Shown here: positions 61,850-64,000 of the stretch, in pieces
Layout: each line of letters starts with the position of its first letter
How positions within the stretch are numbered: the stretch's first letter is position 1
NCBI GenBank assembly: GCA_023384575.1
Contig: JAHDVP010000029.1
Coordinates: forward strand, 4,900 to 68,899
DNA length: 64,000 nucleotides
From: Acidobacteriota bacterium
GTDB taxonomy: Bacteria; Acidobacteriota; Vicinamibacteria; Vicinamibacterales; JAFNAJ01
Direction: 5' to 3'
The notes under the pieces: model-generated
Databases searched by the model: none
What the model saw: only the letters and a program-made list of their open reading frames with translations
What the model was told of the DNA's origin: nothing
Program-made: the position numbers and the translations under genes

Positions 61850-63490
61850 ATGCGCATCGCCCTCCTGCAGCTGAACCCGACCGTCGGGGCGCTCGACCTC
61901 AACGCCGCCCGCATCGTCGATGGCGTGCGATGGGTCGGGCGCGAGGTCGACCTCGCCATCACGCCCGAGATGTCGCTCAGCGGCTATCCCCCACGCGACC
62001 TGCTGCTCGACTCGTCGTACGTCCGGACGGCGTGGGACCTGGTCGGGAGAATGGCTGCCGACCTTGCCGGGTGCGCTCCCGTGCTCGTCGGCCTGCCCGT
62101 GGTCAACGACGGTGAGGGCCGCCCGCTGTTCAACGGCGCGGCATTGCTGCGCGCGGGGGCCGTGGCCCACGTGTTCCACAAGTCGCTGCTGCCGACCTAT
62201 GACGTGTTCGACGAGGACCGCTACTTCGAGCCGGGTGAGCGGAGCGACGTCGTGGAGATTGGTGGGCACGCGGTCGCCGTCAGCATCTGCGAGGACATCT
62301 GGAACGACCGTGATTTCTGGCAGCGACGCCGTTATCACCGCGATCCGATCGAGGAGGCGCGGCGAGCCGGCGCCGACCTGCTCGTCAACATGTCGGCGTC
62401 ACCGTTTGCGGTCGGCAAACCCCGCCTGCGCGAACGCATGCTGACCGAACTGGCCCGTAAGCACCGGCTCTCGGTGGCTTACGTCAACCAGGTCGGCGGC
62501 AACGACGACCTCGTGTTCGACGGGCGCAGCACCGTGGTCGGGCCAGACGGCCAGATCCTGGCGCGGGCGGCGGCATTCGCCGAGGAGACCGTGGTCGTCG
62601 ACCTCCGGGCGCCAACGCCTCCCCCTGCCTCGCTCGACCATCCGGCCGAGGAGGAGGTGTTCGACGCGCTGGTCCTCGGCACGCGTGACTACGTGCGGAA
62701 GTGCGGGTTCCGGGGCGTCCTGCTCGGGCTGTCAGGCGGCATCGACTCGGCGCTCGTGGCGGCGATCGCGGTCGCCGCCGTGGGGCCCGACCGCGTGCTG
62801 GGTGTCATGATGCCCTCACCGTTCTCGAGCGAGGGCAGCCTCGCTGACGCCGCGGCCCTCGCACGCGGCCTGGGCATCCGCACACGAACGCTGCCCATCG
62901 CACCCATCATGGCGGCCTTCGATCGGACGCTCGGCGAGGCCTTCGCCGACTACGATCGCGATGTCACCGAGGAGAACATCCAGGCCCGGATTCGCGGCAA
63001 CCTGCTGATGGCGCTGTCGAACAAGTACGGCGCGCTGCTCCTGACGACCGGCAACAAGTCGGAGCTCGCCGTGGGCTACTGCACGCTCTACGGCGACATG
63101 TCCGGCGGGCTCGCGGTGATTGCCGACGTGCCGAAGACCATGGTGTACCGGATCGCGCGCTGGCTGAACCGCGATCACGAGGTGGTGCCGCCGGCGTCGC
63201 TTACGAAGCCCCCGTCCGCCGAACTCCGCCCCAACCAGACCGACCAGGACTCCCTGCCTCCGTACGACGTGCTCGACGCCATCCTCGAGCGGCACATCGA
63301 GCGGCACGCGACCTTCGACGACCTCGTCACGGCGGGGTTCGAGCGTGACGTCGTTCGCCAGGTCATGCGGCTCGTCCGAACGGCGGAGTTCAAGCGCAAA
63401 CAGGCCGCGCCAGGTCTCAAAGTGACCGACCGCGCGTTCGGCAGCGGGTGGCGCATGCCGATCGCGCGAGGTGACTGGGAGCCGGCCTGA
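61850..63490 (+). CDS. nadE: glutamine-dependent NAD+ synthetase (nitrilase-like domain + NAD synthetase domain)
   Basis: MRIALLQLNPTVG...CEDIW (C-N hydrolase domain). LGLSGGIDSALVA (PP-loop SGGxDS). ELRPNQTDQDSLPPYDVLD. Confidence 0.92.
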   Translation: MRIALLQLNPTVGALDLNAARIVDGVRWVGREVDLAITPEMSLSGYPPRDLLLDSSYVRTAWDLVGRMAADLAGCAPVLVGLPVVNDGEGRPLFNGAALLRAGAVAHVFHKSLLPTYDVFDEDRYFEPGERSDVVEIGGHAVAVSICEDIWNDRDFWQRRRYHRDPIEEARRAGADLLVNMSASPFAVGKPRLRERMLTELARKHRLSVAYVNQVGGNDDLVFDGRSTVVGPDGQILARAAAFAEETVVVDLRAPTPPPASLDHPAEEEVFDALVLGTRDYVRKCGFRGVLLGLSGGIDSALVAAIAVAAVGPDRVLGVMMPSPFSSEGSLADAAALARGLGIRTRTLPIAPIMAAFDRTLGEAFADYDRDVTEENIQARIRGNLLMALSNKYGALLLTTGNKSELAVGYCTLYGDMSGGLAVIADVPKTMVYRIARWLNRDHEVVPPASLTKPPSAELRPNQTDQDSLPPYDVLDAILERHIERHATFDDLVTAGFERDVVRQVMRLVRTAEFKRKQAAPGLKVTDRAFGSGWRMPIARGDWEPA

Positions 63491-63642
63491 CGTCAACGGC
63501 CCCTCAAGTTTCGTCCCGAACCGCCGATTGGGCCGCTGTTGGGCCCGTGTGTCCGCCGGGCCTCGCGGCACGAGCCCGATGCGAGTGCCACCGCGCCTCG
63601 GCCCGCGACGGGCCGCGCGGAGCGCCCCATGGGAGGTTGTCG

Positions 63643-64000
63643 ATGTCGACGGTCGATCGTGGCCCGCTTTCGGATCGCCCAGCGGTGGTCCCGCGCCTGG
63701 GGTGGATACTCCCTCGCCAGGCGATGGCGGCGGCGCTGGCCGCTCAGCGCCTGCACGGAGGTGGGGAGCCAGCGTTGATCGCGCGCCTGGCGGTCGAACT
63801 CGTCGAGCGGGCGCTGGCCGGCGCCTCGGCCGCGCTCTTTGCCTGCGACGGCGCCGGAGTCGTCTCGCGGCGCGCCGCCGGGCCGCGGTGGCGGGCCGCC
63901 GAGCGCGAGGACTCGTCGTGGCTGATCGAGCAGACCGGCGCCATCGCGCGGCTCGTGCGCGCGTCGTCGACCGCCTGGGGACAGCTGGCGGGTGCCAGGG
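63643..64000 (+). CDS. 5' fragment of an uncharacterised gene running off the window
   Basis: ATG preceded by GGGAGG (7-nt spacer). The frame stays open to the window end with G/C-rich third positions. It is absent from the ORF track, presumably because no stop lies in the window. Confidence 0.4.
   Translation, partial: MSTVDRGPLSDRPAVVPRLGWILPRQAMAAALAAQRLHGGGEPALIARLAVELVERALAGASAALFACDGAGVVSRRAAGPRWRAAEREDSSWLIEQTGAIARLVRASSTAWGQLAGAR

Noticed and set aside
63539-63778. 79-aa plus-strand ORF after nadE, and the 63493..63756 / 63744..63944 minus-strand ORFs
   Set aside because: They are Arg/Trp/Cys-rich with no RBS. A different plus-strand frame starting at 63643 has a GGGAGG RBS, coding-like codon usage, and stays open to the window end.
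1-64000. Search for mobile elements, defence systems, toxin-antitoxin pairs, CRISPR arrays, tRNA/rRNA genes and an MtrC/OmcA-type outer-surface cytochrome
   Set aside because: I could not recognise any transposase, integrase or recombinase motif, repeat-spacer array, nuclease/helicase/methylase defence signature, tRNA cloverleaf or additional multiheme ORF. Virtually all coding capacity is accounted for by the cytochrome, signalling, flagellar, sugar and nadE genes.

Overview
Very GC-rich chromosomal segment (third codon positions almost all G/C) from a diderm bacterium, as shown by L/P-ring genes and an outer-membrane beta-barrel. I saw no rRNA, tRNA, CRISPR array, transposase or integrase. 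Many long ORFs in the six-frame track are antisense or out-of-frame artefacts of the GC content. The window has three blocks. (1) 0.6-8.1 kb is a multiheme-cytochrome electron-conduit locus: a monoheme c, an 11-heme c coupled to a b-type cytochrome, a 3-TM hexaheme, an MtrA/DmsE-type decaheme and an MtrB/PioB-type porin. An AhbD/NirJ-like radical-SAM gene follows it. (2) 9.7-16.8 kb is a signalling island: a GAF hybrid kinase, a cheY-cheX-HDOD operon, a soluble kinase, a sigma-54 activator and an orphan receiver. (3) 17.0-61.7 kb is a nearly complete, almost gap-free flagellar supercluster. It comprises flgBC-fliEFGHIJ-flgDE-fliK; fliL-fliN-fliOPQR-flhBA-flhFG-fliA-fliM-fliY, two unknown genes, flgFGAHI-flgJ(M23)-flgMN-flgKL-fliW-csrA and a GNAT gene; on the minus strand two flagellin genes, fliD, fliS and a chaperone-like gene; then a hypothetical gene, nonulosonic-acid sugar genes and flbD-motAB. 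nadE and a 5' gene fragment end the window. Readable regulatory signals include sigma-54 -24/-12 motifs before mtrA, flgB and fliL. There are sigma-28 promoters before both flagellins and flgM, with a weaker one before cheY, and conserved GGA-loop hairpins in both flagellin leaders that fit FliW/CsrA control. I found no clear-cut wholly new system. The best candidates for something undescribed are three. First, a stand-alone zinc-finger + MshEN-type (c-di-GMP receptor) protein inside the flagellar operon (38.1-39.0 kb). Second, translational coupling of the flagellin-glycosylation genes with flbD-motAB. Third, the compact Cbc-like/ImcH-like/MtrAB-like conduit lacking an MtrC partner. All functional calls rest on motif and family recognition by eye. 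No database search was run.
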